Below, in pieces: positions 13,551 to 26,113 of a DNA stretch of 64,000 nt (position 1 is the stretch's first letter; the number at the start of each line of letters is the position of its first letter). Made by a program: the position numbers and the translations under genes. Location: contig JAUFOQ010000013.1 of NCBI GenBank assembly GCA_040285855.1, positions 1,550,001 to 1,614,000 on the forward strand. The letters are read 5' to 3'. The stretch is from Eukaryota sp. GEM-RC1 (Eukaryota). The notes under the pieces are model-generated. The model saw only the letters and a list, made by a program, of their open reading frames with translations. It ran no database searches and had not been told where the DNA came from.

Positions 13551-14017
13551 TAGTTGCAAATACTATCCATTCAGTTATCAATCAACATATCACGGAGTAC
13601 AACAAACAATTGATTGGCACTTAAGAGCTGACGTTGTGATTCTTAACTAGGACCTAAAGTATACGGAAATAAGTCAGCAAATGACCAGAAGAACCAAATG
13701 ATAGTCTATATTTATAGTCTTTCTAGTATTGCACGAAACGGGATGCTGTTTCCAACGTTTTTGAAACGTTAATGTCACTGTCAATACGTAGAAGAAACCA
13801 CAAGACGCGTTTCAAATTGATGTTGAACACTTGCTGTTGCAAATGCTGTCTGATTGATGTTATTATACAAAGTATCTATATAGTATCAAACAGGTGACCG
13901 AAGACAGCTTCCAGAACACTACCCTGGTACAGTAAGACTCCATGTAGTTCAGTATGTAGTTTGTGCAACAAGTGTTAGTGCTCCAAATGAACTTTGAATT
14001 CTAATTTTCCACAGCAC

Positions 14018-14878
14018 ATGACTGTCATTACTGGTGAAGATGATCGATTACGTAACTTGCTGCCTGAAATGAGGGATTTCTTGGCAACAATAAGATGTCC
14101 CGACAACATCAGAAGGAACACAAGCAACACAGACATCAATCTAGAAGGAGCCTCTATCGGAGTTGAAGGCGCCATTGCATTGGCCAATCTATTAAACACC
14201 AACGATACAGTTGCAAGCCTTAACTTGAGGTTCAACTCTATCAAAGCTGAAGGTGCCAGTGCAATTTCGAACGTATTACAAATCAATACCGTATTGAAAT
14301 ACATCAATCTCTACGGAAACGACATTAAGGATGAAGGTGCGGAGGCATTGGCAAATGTATTGCGACGCAATACCTCTTTGACAGATATTGATCTTTCCAA
14401 CAACTCTATTGGAAACGCTGGAGCAATTGCTTTATCGAATGCATTAACACTCAATACAGCATTGAAAGCCATCAATCTCTATGGAAACTGCGTTACAGAT
14501 GAAGGTGCCAGATCATTGGCAGGTGCTTTAAAATCCAATACTACCTTGACCAGTTTGAATCTCTATGGAAACTCTATTGGAAATAATGGAGCAATTGAAC
14601 TAGCCAATGCCTTAAAATTTAATACTACCTTGACAGATCTAAATGTGCGTGGAAACTCCATCAAATCGAGAGGGCACAGAGCCTTGGCAAGGATGTTAAG
14701 AGACAATGCCAATGTCAGGATAAAAGGGATTGATTTAGATTTATCACGTGGACAGTCCAAAATCATGAGACTCTACAAAACACCGCTGGTTATGTTTCTT
14801 TTTTGTATTGTTTCTGTTTTCTTTCTAATTAGGTATCAATTTGGACCTGGTTTAATGTCGGAAATATTTACTAATTAG
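14018..14878 (+). CDS. NLRC3-like LRR protein with C-terminal transmembrane anchor
   Basis: About 7 RI-type LRRs (LxxINLYGNxIxDEGA), then the hydrophobic LVMFLFCIVSVFFLI segment. Confidence 0.88.
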   Translation: MTVITGEDDRLRNLLPEMRDFLATIRCPDNIRRNTSNTDINLEGASIGVEGAIALANLLNTNDTVASLNLRFNSIKAEGASAISNVLQINTVLKYINLYGNDIKDEGAEALANVLRRNTSLTDIDLSNNSIGNAGAIALSNALTLNTALKAINLYGNCVTDEGARSLAGALKSNTTLTSLNLYGNSIGNNGAIELANALKFNTTLTDLNVRGNSIKSRGHRALARMLRDNANVRIKGIDLDLSRGQSKIMRLYKTPLVMFLFCIVSVFFLIRYQFGPGLMSEIFTN

Positions 14879-15167
14879 ATTATTGTTTTCTATTAAAACT
14901 ATGTAATTTTATTTTCTTTCACAAACAAACAAAAAAATGTCAATTATTTGAAACCTCTGTAGACAGAGATGTGTTAAGTAGCAGAAGATTAAAATTGTAA
15001 CTCTGTAAAAAAGTTGAATTCCCTTTGAACTTTCTTAAGAACAAGGGTTCAATCTTTGATCTTGAATGCGAATAACGGTAGTTAGGACACACGGCCCAAC
15101 AAAAAAACGGAAATTCTAAACCACTTTTCCACACAAGCTTTTGAACAGACCAAGTAATACCTACCAA

Positions 15168-15240
15168 CAGGGACTGTCGAAAATATATTACACAATATTG
15201 CAATTATTGCCAAAGTGTAATATATTTTTGACAGTCCCCG
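15168..15240. mobile_element. 73-bp hAT-like MITE
   Basis: TIRs CAGGGACTGTCGAAAATATATTACAC / GTGTAATATATTTTTGACAGTCCCCG with a perfect 8-bp TSD CCTACCAA (15160-15167, 15241-15248). Confidence 0.9.
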
Positions 15241-15284
15241 CCTACCAAAGATACTGGAGATAAACAAACAAAAAGATGATTTTT

Positions 15285-15800
15285 TTGGGGATCTACATAC
15301 TCCGTGGCTTAAATCGAGTCAATCATTAATGGATTTTACTACAGTAGATGTATGTAACAAATCTTGTGTTAGTAGGATATTAGATTCTTCTTTTAATCCA
15401 TTAACAGCAGCTGAAAAGCTCAAACACTCCAAGTATGACTCTCAAGTAGAAGAATTAAATAGAAACTCATATTCCAAATTTGTGTTTCAACCTTTTGCTG
15501 TTTCTCTTTTTGGATCTATTAGTCCTGCTGGTGATCAATTTTTCAAGGATCTCGAAGAATTGTGTAAAGAAAAGAAGCGTAAGTTTAGAATGGCTGAATG
15601 GAAAAACCGTATAGTGTTTTCCATATATCGGAATATGCCTTTCTATTTCTCTAGATTAATTGAGAAATTGTACAAGTTTGGTGTGAAGGTTAATGTTGAT
15701 AAACGTAATCTTTTACCGGGTGGTGATGAAGTCGTTTGGATTTAATCTTAGTATTTTTTGTTTGTTTTTACAATTTCATAGTTTGTAGGAAGGTTACCTT
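15285..15800 (+). mobile_element. RLE endonuclease remnant of a non-LTR retrotransposon (family B)
   Basis: GDLHTPW..MDFTTVD..AEKLKHSKY..FQPFAVSLFGSI. A related copy lies at ~47490-47880. Confidence 0.8.
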
Positions 15801-17383
15801 ATTGGGTGCCGAATAAACATGTTCTCTCAAAAGATGTTAATAGAAGTATTTATCGTTTATATTCTTGTTTTTATCAAACAAGCAACAGCATCCCACTCTT
15901 TCAAAAATCAGGAAGACTGTAACTTTGTCTCTGAAGCTTTTAATAACAATAAGTAAATAACTACATGTATTAGGAATCTTGTTTTGATGACATTGAGTAT
16001 TAGATCATCTTTTTATTTTCGAATAAATGTACTGTATCAATAAAGTTACTAAATAGAAAAAACATGTATTATTGTCTAATAAATACAAACTTTGTAGCAA
16101 GATCTTGCTATTACTTGGATACAACAATCAGAAAGTGTCACCCAAAGTTCAAAAATGAATACCTTGGAGATTACACAGACCACCACTGTTCGAGAGTGTA
16201 ATGTAGGAACCAATTTTGAAAGCATTTAGAATGAACCCGAATAGGAACAGTCCTCGCAAGTTTAATCTGGGTCATCAAATATATTCTGTAACATTACCAA
16301 AAAATGGAGAGCTACATCAATACGGTGTTAGTACTTATCAGGTTAACCAAGCTCAAATTCTCTTAAAGCTGTTCACTAAATTGCTAAATATACTTTTCAA
16401 TTATCACACCATTTTTACTGAGATGATTGATATTAGTGAATGAAATACTCGAATCAAGACGCACAAATGACTCAAACACGATGTTATATCACAACAGTCA
16501 ACAGACGTCAGAGCAATAAACTTGATTAAGTCTCACAAAATAACGGAATTGTTGGTAGGAGCACCACATCACTTTAGAATTTGCTTTTGAAGACTGAATT
16601 ATTCTTCACTAAAATGTAAAGATGTCACGTATCTAGAGGTTATTTGAGTGTAATAGCTTGAGTGACAATACATCTCATTAACAGTAATGTGGGAGGGCAA
16701 ATCGTGTGCAGTGTTAGAAACAACAATTTTCCAAAGTGATGTATTGTCCAATGATTTGAACAGTAAGTATAAAAAAGAAACCATAAATAACACCATTTCA
16801 TAAAGATAAAAATATGGTAAGATGTGATAGCGATGCTTTAAATTTTATACACCATTACAGAGCGGGGTTTCGATCGTTTTCATGCAGTCGGTAGCCCGAT
16901 ATGTTATCGGGTAATAGAGATTCCATTGTGTAACTAAGATTGATTTATGAAACAATCATTACATAATTGTGCCCTCTTCTTCTATCAACTACTGGTAAAC
17001 GATGATGATAAACTAAAGAAAGATGATCAATCCATTCAGTACAGAGAGGAATATCAACTGAACTATTTCATGATGATTTGTGGTAAGTATCCTATTAAGT
17101 TGACTATTCTACCAGAGAACTATTGGTGTTACTGTTCATTGATGTATAAAAATGTTAATTTTGGAATACGAGAAAGACTTAGAGAGCATGAAACTGATTT
17201 GTTGGATTCTCAATTAGGAAATAAATCGTATCTTAAGAAATTGTCCAATTTAAAAGAAGAAGTAAATGTTACTGATAGTCTCTTCTAGTATGTTGTTTCC
17301 ATTGTTTCTGTCATGGTTAATTTTCTACATTTAATTCAATATTTAGGTCCTCTCAAAATTTAGTTGTCTAAGCTTTTTCTATT

Positions 17384-19360
17384 ATGGATTGTTTCGTCTG
17401 TGCAGAACCCTACAATCTCTCATGTCGCCTTCCACTTCTTTTTATGTGACGGGGGCATACTGCTTGCTCCACATGTGCATCTGCTTTGAAAATTTGTCCG
17501 ATCTGTCGTAGAGATTGTTCTCTTGAAAAGCATCTTAATTATGCTCTCCGAGACATCCTTCAAGCACACTTTGAGGGAGATTTGTGTCCTAAAATCTCTT
17601 CAGATGAGATTCATCTTCTCCATAAGATCGATGAGGGTGGTTGTGCTGTAGTTTACGCTGCTGATTGGTGCAAACTACCAGTGGCTGTGAAAATAGTATC
17701 CCTCACTGAAAAGGGGAGAATCAACCTTCAAAAAGAGATGAGCCTCCTTGTTCAACTGAATCATCCTGCTGTTCTTCGTGTATACGGTCTTTCTTATTGG
17801 GAGGATCGCATTGGAATCGTCATGGAAAGAGCTTCTTCATCTCTTCCTTGTCCAAACTCTTTCTCTTCTGTCACTGTTGAGTATGCCAAACAACTGTGTC
17901 ATGGCATAAGCTATCTTCATAGTAAATCTGTTGTCCATGGAGATGTTAAGCCAGAAAATGTGTTGATTGTTGATGACAGAATTAGAATAGCTGATTTCGG
18001 AACTTCGCGAAACATTGCTTCTACTTCTACTGTTCCAAATCCAGAAGCACTGACTGTTCGTTATGCCGCACCTGAACAATTCAATAACACTGTCAGTCCC
18101 CAAAGTGACGTCTATTCTATTGGAGTGGTCTTGTATGAATTATTCCAAAACAAGGAGGCGTTTGAAGGAATGAATTTCTATGGAATTGTGGGAGCAAAAC
18201 AAAGGGGTGTTCCCTTATCTTTTGACTCTACTATACCAGATACACTTGCTAATGTTATTAGTAGATGTTTAATGACTGATCCCGTTCAACGTCCTGAAAT
18301 TGACGAATTAATTGAAGTTTTGGAGAATTTAAGTGTTTCCAAAGAACAAGATTTGATTGAGATTTATGATCCACCGCTTTCCGAACCCCTTGTAACATTT
18401 GAAAGTTTTCCAAATTCATTTAATAACTCCACATTGTCAGAAAACACCACTGAAACACTTATCAAGTATACCACTAATTTATCGAATGCATCTCCATCTA
18501 TCCAAGAAATTCCAGAAAACAAACAGAATATTAATCATTCGATCCCTCTTCAAACAGAACAGTGTAGTACCTTGGAGCCTGAATTGCAAAAAGTATTGGC
18601 AGAGATTAAAGAAAATAGAGCTCCGACCACTACTCTGAATGGAAAATCTGTTGGAATTGAAGGTGTTAGAGCGTTGGTAGGTGTATTGAAAGTCAATAAT
18701 TCTGTTACAAATGTTAACCTGAGATTCAATTCCATCGACGCTGTTGGTGCAACAGCATTGGCAGAATTGTTTAAAGTCAATACTGTGTTGACAAACATTG
18801 ATCTGTATGGAAATCGTATTAAAGATGAAGGTGCCACAGCATTGGCTGATGCGTTAACAATCAATACCAGATTAACAAGTGTTGCATTGGCCAACAATTC
18901 TATTGGAAATATTGGAGCGTCTGCATTAGCAAAAGCCTTGACAGTAAACAATACATTGACAAATTTGAATCTCTATGGAAACTCCATTGGAAATTCTGGA
19001 GCAATTGAATTAGCTAAAGCATTAACAATCAATACTACTTTGAAATATTTAAATTTATATGGAAACTGTGTTGAAAATGTTGGAGCTATTGCATTGGCGA
19101 AAGCCTTGACAGTCAATAATACTTTGACAAGCCTCAGTTTACGTGGAAACTGTATTGAGTTGAAGGGGATGCGTGCGTTAGCAGAAGCCTTAAAAGTCAA
19201 TCCTAATCTCACGGTAGAAGGGATTGATTTATCACGTGGACAGTCTAAAATCAAGAGCCTCTGTAAACGTTCTCTGGTTATGTTTCTGATTTGTATTGTC
19301 TGTATTTCTTTTCTCACTAAGTATCAATTTGGTACATTCATCCAAAATGTCAATAATTAG
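17384..19360 (+). CDS. RING finger - TKL-like protein kinase - LRR - transmembrane protein
   Basis: CFVC...GHTACSTC...CPICR RING (the apparent TGA at 17447 resolves with compensating T5/G5 indels to LCDGGHT). Kinase motifs VAVK, HGDVKPEN, DFG, APE and SDVYS. RI-type LRRs and a C-terminal TM follow. Confidence 0.88.
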
Positions 19361-20140
19361 ATTATTGCTAGCTGATTTACTTGTATTATAAAAGCTATTT
19401 ACATGTTTTGTATTATCTTTCATTATCTCTTTATTGTTTGCAACTTCTACATATGGTGTCTATTCTATTACAGCAGGAAGAACAAAATTGAAATTGTCCA
19501 AAAATTGATTCCTTTTGAGCTTTATATATTACACGTTGTTGCAACAAGGATGTTAATTATTTAAGAAAAAATTCAACATTACTAAAATCTTGAATAATAC
19601 CTGAAATAAATTGGGACAATCAAAACAAAATGATGATGAATCTCACGACTGTTTGAAAAGAGAGTTGTATTTATATTTTAATCTTTTGAAATGTACACAG
19701 ATTTTATATATATTAAATTCTATCTCTAAGCTATCTAACCCTATCATAAGGCAAAAAGTACTATCTGTAACACTTCAATAACTCTACAAGAATATAAATA
19801 AATGACAGTATAACCAACACAAAAAGTGACTCCCATAGATTGACAGCTTCCAGTTTTGAAAAATTTGATATTTTCTAAAATCCATCCAAATGACCATTGT
19901 GCAAATACGATTTCATATACCAATGATGGTACACAAAATGAATTGAAGAAAGTTAACCACTACTGATAGTATCAAATAACAGATCAATACAAATTGGATG
20001 AATACCAATCGGATTGCAATCACTTTCCAATCCAATCGAGAGATCAGATCACGATCTTGTTTCATTTCAAGAACAGCACCATTCTATAAATAGTGAATCA
20101 GTGTTCCTAACTAAAATTAACAACTTGACTTTTCCATCCT

Positions 20141-22246
20141 TTATCTTTGGAAACAAATTGAGGATAGATGGTCATAAGAAAGAGCATTTGGCTCGTCTTC
20201 AGTTGGAGGTTGAGTAGATTGGAGATTGTTCACGTCATTCTCAAAAGGAGTCATGGAAACAGTGCAAGGAGAAAGTAAGGGGGAAAAGGAAGACCAAAAT
20301 TCAGCAGAATTTTCAAATATTAAAGAATTAGTCAGTATTTGTTTGTAACGAGCTTGAAGATCAATGACTTTCGGTGATAAGTCAATGATTATCAATCCAG
20401 ATTTAGTGGTGAGAACCAATTGGTTATTAACTTCAACTAAATCTAAAATTTGAATAAATGGACGGACTGAAATTATTTCTTGTAATATAATGTCATACAC
20501 CATTAGCCGAGTCGATGTAGAAAGAAACAACAAGAAACCATCATTTGAACATGACACAAAACAAATTTCTGATACATTTGAAATTTTTTGAATGGAATAA
20601 TTAATTAAATTAATCCAAAATAATGTGTCGTTAGTTGCTGCAATAGCTACAAATCCACTGGGATGTATACAAAAACAAGATAATTCAGACGGAAACTGAA
20701 TTTGGAATGACATTACTTCTAAGTTATTGATTAAACAGACAAACAGAGAATTAGCTGATTTTTGGGACAATAAAAAGTAGTAAGTAGAACTATCAAAAAC
20801 CTTTTGGCCAGATTCAATTCGACAAAGAGAAGGTCGAAATTTCAAATTTTCCGAAGAATTCAAGAGAAAACACGAAGGCAGAAGTGCAGAATGATTTGAT
20901 AGATGAACTTCAGCTAACGTGCCAGTGCAATCAAGAACATAGAGACGATTATTAAAATATTTCAAACAAAATACAATATTTGGTACTTCTAATGAAGATA
21001 CAACTGACCAATGGTTTGCCGACAGTTTCATCAAGTGAATAAAAGATTTAGTCTTTTGGACGTCAACGACTGAACAACAAATTGTATTAGAATTTACAAG
21101 GCAAAAGGCTGAAACATGGGAACCTTTGGAAAATAAAGGTAATGTAGTAAAATCAATGAACAGTTTTAAAGATGCGTTATTTACGGTGTTGTTTAGGTAA
21201 AAACACCGTGATTCGCTATCCATAATTAAAAAATCGGAATGAGTAATCCTGTTCATAAGCAACTTCAAAGGAGAAATTAAAAATTCAGCAAATTTTGATG
21301 ATATTGAAAATGATTCCTTATCACTATCATATTGAACCAATGCAACACTGACTCCCACATCCAAAATCAGAAAAGTCAAGTCTAGAAAGTTCACGGTATT
21401 GATTGCGAGTACTTTTGAAGGTAAACTAAAGCTTTGAGCTGAATCTAGGGTGGAATTAGAAAAGATTGTTACCTGTTTGTCTTCAACAATAGCGAAACAA
21501 TCAGATCCACAAATGAAAATTTGAGAAATATTGAAATTTCTTTGAATTGATCCGATTAGAGAACCTGAAGGTGTCAAAATTAAAAGTTTAGCAGAACTGT
21601 AAACATAAAGGCGGTCTTTAGACTGACAAAATTTTAAAGATTTAAAATTATCTTTTGGTAATTGAGATATTTCATCAATTGTATGTACTGAATTGGGCTG
21701 TTGCAAGTGCAAATAAAGCAAGGAACTGTTCTCAACATTTCCAAAAAACAAAGAGTTTTCAAATATAGCAAAAATTTCAAAATATCCTGGGTCCAGCAAA
21801 CATATTTTAAAAAAACCAACCTCAAAATGATTTTCATCCAACACTTTAAAGAGAACAATATGATGAGATACAGAAAACGCAAGAAACGTAGATGACAAGG
21901 CGACACCTGAAACCCTTTCCTTTTGTTCATTTGATATGGTTGTAACGACTCTGAGGGAAGGTAAGTGAATGATGGTACAGCAGAAGCCATGAGAGAGTGC
22001 TACAAATGAGGAAGTGGTGGAAAGGGAAGTAATAGGATTGGGTAGAAGGATAGATGAGAGTTGAAAGGAAGAAAGGAGGATAAGAGATAGCAGATTTCCT
22101 GAAGCAACGATAAATCCACCTCCGTTTAAGCATAATGAAGACAGTTTGGGGAGAAGATGTGGTGAAGGTAAGGTGAGGTGAGGTTGTAGAAGGGGGATAG
22201 CATGTACTGGAACGTCTTGAGTGAAGGAATCTTGATCAAACTTCAT
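20141..22246 (-). CDS. Hypothetical beta-strand-rich (probable beta-propeller) protein; C-terminus may extend past an indel
   Basis: Long ORF with propeller-like patterns (LSCFCIHPSG, VSCSNDGFLLF, VYDI). The ORF-track extension 5' of 22246 runs into a MITE. Confidence 0.6.
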   Translation of the reverse strand: MKFDQDSFTQDVPVHAIPLLQPHLTLPSPHLLPKLSSLCLNGGGFIVASGNLLSLILLSSFQLSSILLPNPITSLSTTSSFVALSHGFCCTIIHLPSLRVVTTISNEQKERVSGVALSSTFLAFSVSHHIVLFKVLDENHFEVGFFKICLLDPGYFEIFAIFENSLFFGNVENSSLLYLHLQQPNSVHTIDEISQLPKDNFKSLKFCQSKDRLYVYSSAKLLILTPSGSLIGSIQRNFNISQIFICGSDCFAIVEDKQVTIFSNSTLDSAQSFSLPSKVLAINTVNFLDLTFLILDVGVSVALVQYDSDKESFSISSKFAEFLISPLKLLMNRITHSDFLIMDSESRCFYLNNTVNNASLKLFIDFTTLPLFSKGSHVSAFCLVNSNTICCSVVDVQKTKSFIHLMKLSANHWSVVSSLEVPNIVFCLKYFNNRLYVLDCTGTLAEVHLSNHSALLPSCFLLNSSENLKFRPSLCRIESGQKVFDSSTYYFLLSQKSANSLFVCLINNLEVMSFQIQFPSELSCFCIHPSGFVAIAATNDTLFWINLINYSIQKISNVSEICFVSCSNDGFLLFLSTSTRLMVYDIILQEIISVRPFIQILDLVEVNNQLVLTTKSGLIIIDLSPKVIDLQARYKQILTNSLIFENSAEFWSSFSPLLSPCTVSMTPFENDVNNLQSTQPPTEDEPNALSYDHLSSICFQR

Positions 22247-22288
22247 GAAGAAACATTGTGGTGAAACACTCTTGTTGACACTATTCTT

Positions 22289-23153
22289 TAGTGTTACGAG
22301 AAACGTACCAAAATTTGTCTGGAAACGTTTCGGAAACGTTTCCGCGTTTCCACGTTTCCGAAACGCATTTTTTGTGTTCAATTCTCATTTCTTCCTAATC
22401 CAATTTCTCTCTTCCATAATTTTTGAAATGTCAACACACTGTAGTATGTCGTGACGACAATGATGAAGGTGAAGTCGTTCAGATTGCAGACATCGACGAC
22501 TCTTCGTCACTTTTTCTCCCCCAGTGGCTGAAGGAAAGACTCTAAACTCGCTTGATTACCTTGTGGCCACGACCTCTTCAAACTGGATGTTTATGTTTTT
22601 GTGTTAGATGGATGGACTGATCCTTTTGGTTGCCACTTATGATCTTTAACATTGTTACATCGGATGCTGCAATGTTATACGGCTGTATTACCACTTTTGC
22701 AATTTTTAAAGATGCATTGTGGTCATGTAATTTTTATAGAAGTGAATAATGTTATTGAACAAATAAATAAACCGTACTACGTTAAAAAAAGTTGGTCAAA
22801 GTAGGTAGACGAGTGAAAAGAAGTTTTCAGGATTTATCAGTAGTCATAGAAGTTGAAGAAGACGAAGAAATGTCGGATGAGTTAGTTCAACGACAAGATG
22901 AAATTGACAATATCCTTCTTGGTGGCTTGAAATTGAGTTTTAGGGAATTATCTTCAGTGCTCACTCAGATTGTATCACAATCTTCAGTAGTTGATGAGTT
23001 TCTTTGGAACAAAAACAAGGTAAAACCGGACCCGAAATTTACGTTTCCGAAACGTATTTAACGTTTCCACGCCGTTTCCATACTGATATGTTTATTGGAA
23101 ACGTTTCGGAAACGGGGAAACGCAGAAACGCAGAAACGTTTCTCGTAACACTA
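22289..23153. mobile_element. 865-bp non-autonomous hAT-like transposon
   Basis: 18-bp TIR TAGTGTTACGAGAAACGT, perfect 8-bp TSD CTATTCTT (22281-22288, 23154-23161) and subterminal GAAACG repeats. Confidence 0.92.
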
Positions 23154-23629
23154 CTATTCTTAACCTGTTGTTACTAAAACACTGGTGTTTATTGATCTTG
23201 AAAACTATCTTATGCAAACAACAGAATATCTCATTACCAGGGCATCCATACTTGTTCAGGTTTCAAGAGAGGATTCAAATGGTGAAGGTTAATGATACGT
23301 CTGGTCGTTCATTGAAACGTTGAACGATAACAAGAAGTGAACTGGTGTTATCTACTGATAACGTACTTAAACAGACTACTAGGGGATTAGATACTGATAA
23401 ACTTCTAGCTGCAACAGTCAAAGAGATGTAACATTGGATCATGCCGAGAAAGCATCATAAATAAGATGTTTGACGCAAAAAGTATAATGATAAAAAAGGA
23501 TGTAACATGAAGTTTTATGAACTTTTGAAGATGTTGACGATTCTTGAAGTCTGATGAAGTCAACACAAGTCTTTTGATTATTGAACTGATGCTGAAGCAA
23601 AACTGATCCCATCCATTAATTTACTCTCA

Positions 23630-24346
23630 ATGTCACACCCCCAAAATCAAAACGGATACAAATTAGTCCCAGTCAGCGGCTTCGCTTATGTTCAGCAAGG
23701 TCAGGAAAATGGCCCCTTCAATGCACTTTTAACCTTTGCCACAGATGGGAACCCAAATCAACAGGCCAAGCAATGTCTTATTCAACTAGCCTCAAAACCT
23801 CAACCTATGCCCATGGACCCTGTTCAGTCTCAACAGTCCCATCTTAAACATCCCCATCTTGCCCAACATCCTAATAGTGCTATGCAAATGCCTTCTGGCT
23901 ATAGACCTCTTGGAGAAGACGTGCAGCACCACGTACATCCCAGCCATGTTTCTCAGCCAGGAAACATGATGCCATCTTACATGATATCCAGGAGTGGTAA
24001 TCCTGTATATTCCCACTTTTCCAATGTCCCTGGCATGCAACAACGTGGAGTACCTCCATATGCTCATATGCTTGCTCATTCTCAAGTAAATCCTCCTGCA
24101 AGAACTCAACACCAAGCTCAAGCTAGTCGGCCAGCTCCCGAACCTCCAGTTAAGAAATCCAATGTTAGCGTTGAAAGCTCAGCCAAACCCCAGGTAGTTA
24201 GAATTTCTGATAGTCCAGGGGAGAACACAAGTCCTCCACGAGTAGCTAAGCCACAAGAAACTCCAGTGGATCCCACTGCAATTGGTGAGCAGAAGAGACA
24301 ACGTGGCATTACTGCGTTAGAAAACTTAATTAATGATGGGCCTTAG
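23630..24346 (+). CDS. Q/P/H-rich low-complexity hypothetical protein
   Basis: Uninterrupted 238-aa ATG-initiated ORF ending ITALENLIN. No recognisable domain. Confidence 0.7.
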   Translation: MSHPQNQNGYKLVPVSGFAYVQQGQENGPFNALLTFATDGNPNQQAKQCLIQLASKPQPMPMDPVQSQQSHLKHPHLAQHPNSAMQMPSGYRPLGEDVQHHVHPSHVSQPGNMMPSYMISRSGNPVYSHFSNVPGMQQRGVPPYAHMLAHSQVNPPARTQHQAQASRPAPEPPVKKSNVSVESSAKPQVVRISDSPGENTSPPRVAKPQETPVDPTAIGEQKRQRGITALENLINDGP

Positions 24347-24712
24347 TTGTTAGTTTTTGAGGTGCATCTTGTTATTTTCTACATTGTTTTGTTTATAGTA
24401 ATGTTATTTCTTTTAGATATTTAGCTAAATTATTCTTTTTTTTAATTGTTGTGCTTTTCTCTGATAATTGATCTGTCAGTGATGGGTTATCTTTTTGGCA
24501 TTGTTGACAGAACTATGATAATTGTTCACAAATTGCCTTCCCACTTTGCAACAGAATTTACTCTAAGAATCAATTATCAAATTGAATATCAAGAAAAACA
24601 AACAGGTACGGAAAATTATAATTATAAATCAAAAAACACTAAAAACGAAATCGATCGTAAAAATAAATCAAAAAAACACTACTAGTATAAAACTAAACAG
24701 AAAAAATAAAAT

Positions 24713-26043
24713 TAAACTCTAATAAATGATGCAACAAAAACCCATCTGAATCCACTGACTTATCACACCTTATACATCTCTTCATATGTTTTCCAAAGGA
24801 AACATTTCCTCTAAGATCCCATTCAGGGAGGGCATGTTCTAGAGTCCAATTACGATGTCTTAACAGAACCTTCGCCACAACTTCTTCATTTTCCTCAGAA
24901 TGAACAGAACAAGTAGAGTAAACAACTTTCTTAGCTGATGGGAAAGAAAGCGCGTGACTTAGGAGCTCAATTTGATCATCCTGTAATCGAGTCAAAACAT
25001 TCTTCGAAACTCTCACGTCATCAACACCATCTTCGAACACTTGTGGATTCTTGATAAACTTTCCTAAAACAGAATCCGACATTACCTTAAAAGATCCACT
25101 TCCCGAGCACTGTGCATCAACTAGGATATACTCGACAGTGTTAAAGGGAGAATCAGTAGGCTCAATGTCCAAGAAAGAAGCGGGAACCAGGTCAACGTCA
25201 GGTACAAGGCTGGGCTCGATATCTGAAGTGAATCCAACAAGGTTACGTTCAAGCAGAGGAAATCTCTTTTTGCAAATCTCTACTGCGATGATCTTTGAAG
25301 GCTTGTTGTGCCATCCAGCCAGCATTGTTGTCTTAGAACCAGGAGCTGCACAGGCATCGAGAATGACAGCATTCTTGGGGGGATTCAGGACGACAACAGG
25401 AAAACAGGAGGATTTGTTCTGGACAACAACATCAAAAGAGATCACGCGAGGATGTTTATGAAGAGGGGGAATGAGGTCAGTATCAGAGATTTTAAGGAGA
25501 CCAGGGACGTGATGATCTGGGGCAGCGGAGAATTCGGTGGCTAGTTCTAAAGGGGGAGAGGCTTTTGAGCCCATTGATTCTGATCCAAGAAGCTGGGCGG
25601 GTGGTGATGTTTTGGATGGTGTCAGGGAGAAGATGTTCTGGATCGGTTACTTTAGATACAAGCATTCTGTCTTCAAGGATTGACTTCATGAGTATGCGTT
25701 GATTCCAGATGATGGCAGAAGCAGGGGTGAAACCGAGGTCAGTTGCTGTACCTTCTGCTTCAGACAGTTCGCCAAAAACAATATCATATATCAGAACTCG
25801 GACTAGAGTTGGTCTAAGTTTATCTGCTTTAAGATTGATTCGGTCTTTTATATCTGATAGGATATGATAGTATCTAAGAACGTTGAAAGCAAGAGCATAA
25901 ACGGCTTTCTTAAGTGAAGACGGAACGCTTCTTGAAGAAAGAGTAAGATTGTTCAAAGAGCCTTTTCTAGCAATGAATTCGTCAACAACACGCGCTGCAG
26001 ACCCATGAAGAGCAGATGGAATGTTGAAAGTGGGCCGAGACAT
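24713..26043 (-). CDS. NSUN5: rRNA m5C methyltransferase NSUN5/Rcm1-like, indels at ~25568 and ~24738
   Basis: VYAL, WIRIN, QNKSSCFP, DACAAPGSKT, ILVDAQCSGSG, VYSTCSVHSEENEEVV and DGFFVA (after the indel). Confidence 0.88.
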
Positions 26044-26113
26044 CAGTTTATAATCTAAGAGGGTGGTAAAACTTGTTTCTATTTGCTATTGAAGATCCAC
26101 GATGTATGGAAAT

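Noticed and set aside
17447..17449. TGA read as Cys or Sec in the RING domain
   Set aside because: A +T/-G compensating homopolymer pair gives LCDGGHT, and TGA terminates UPF2 and CTF18 normally.
13975..19317. Antisense ORFs over the LRR genes
   Set aside because: They are shadow frames of repetitive coding sequence.
22247..22381. N-terminal 45 aa of ORF 20141-22381
   Set aside because: It has a non-ATG start and is mostly derived from the MITE end.
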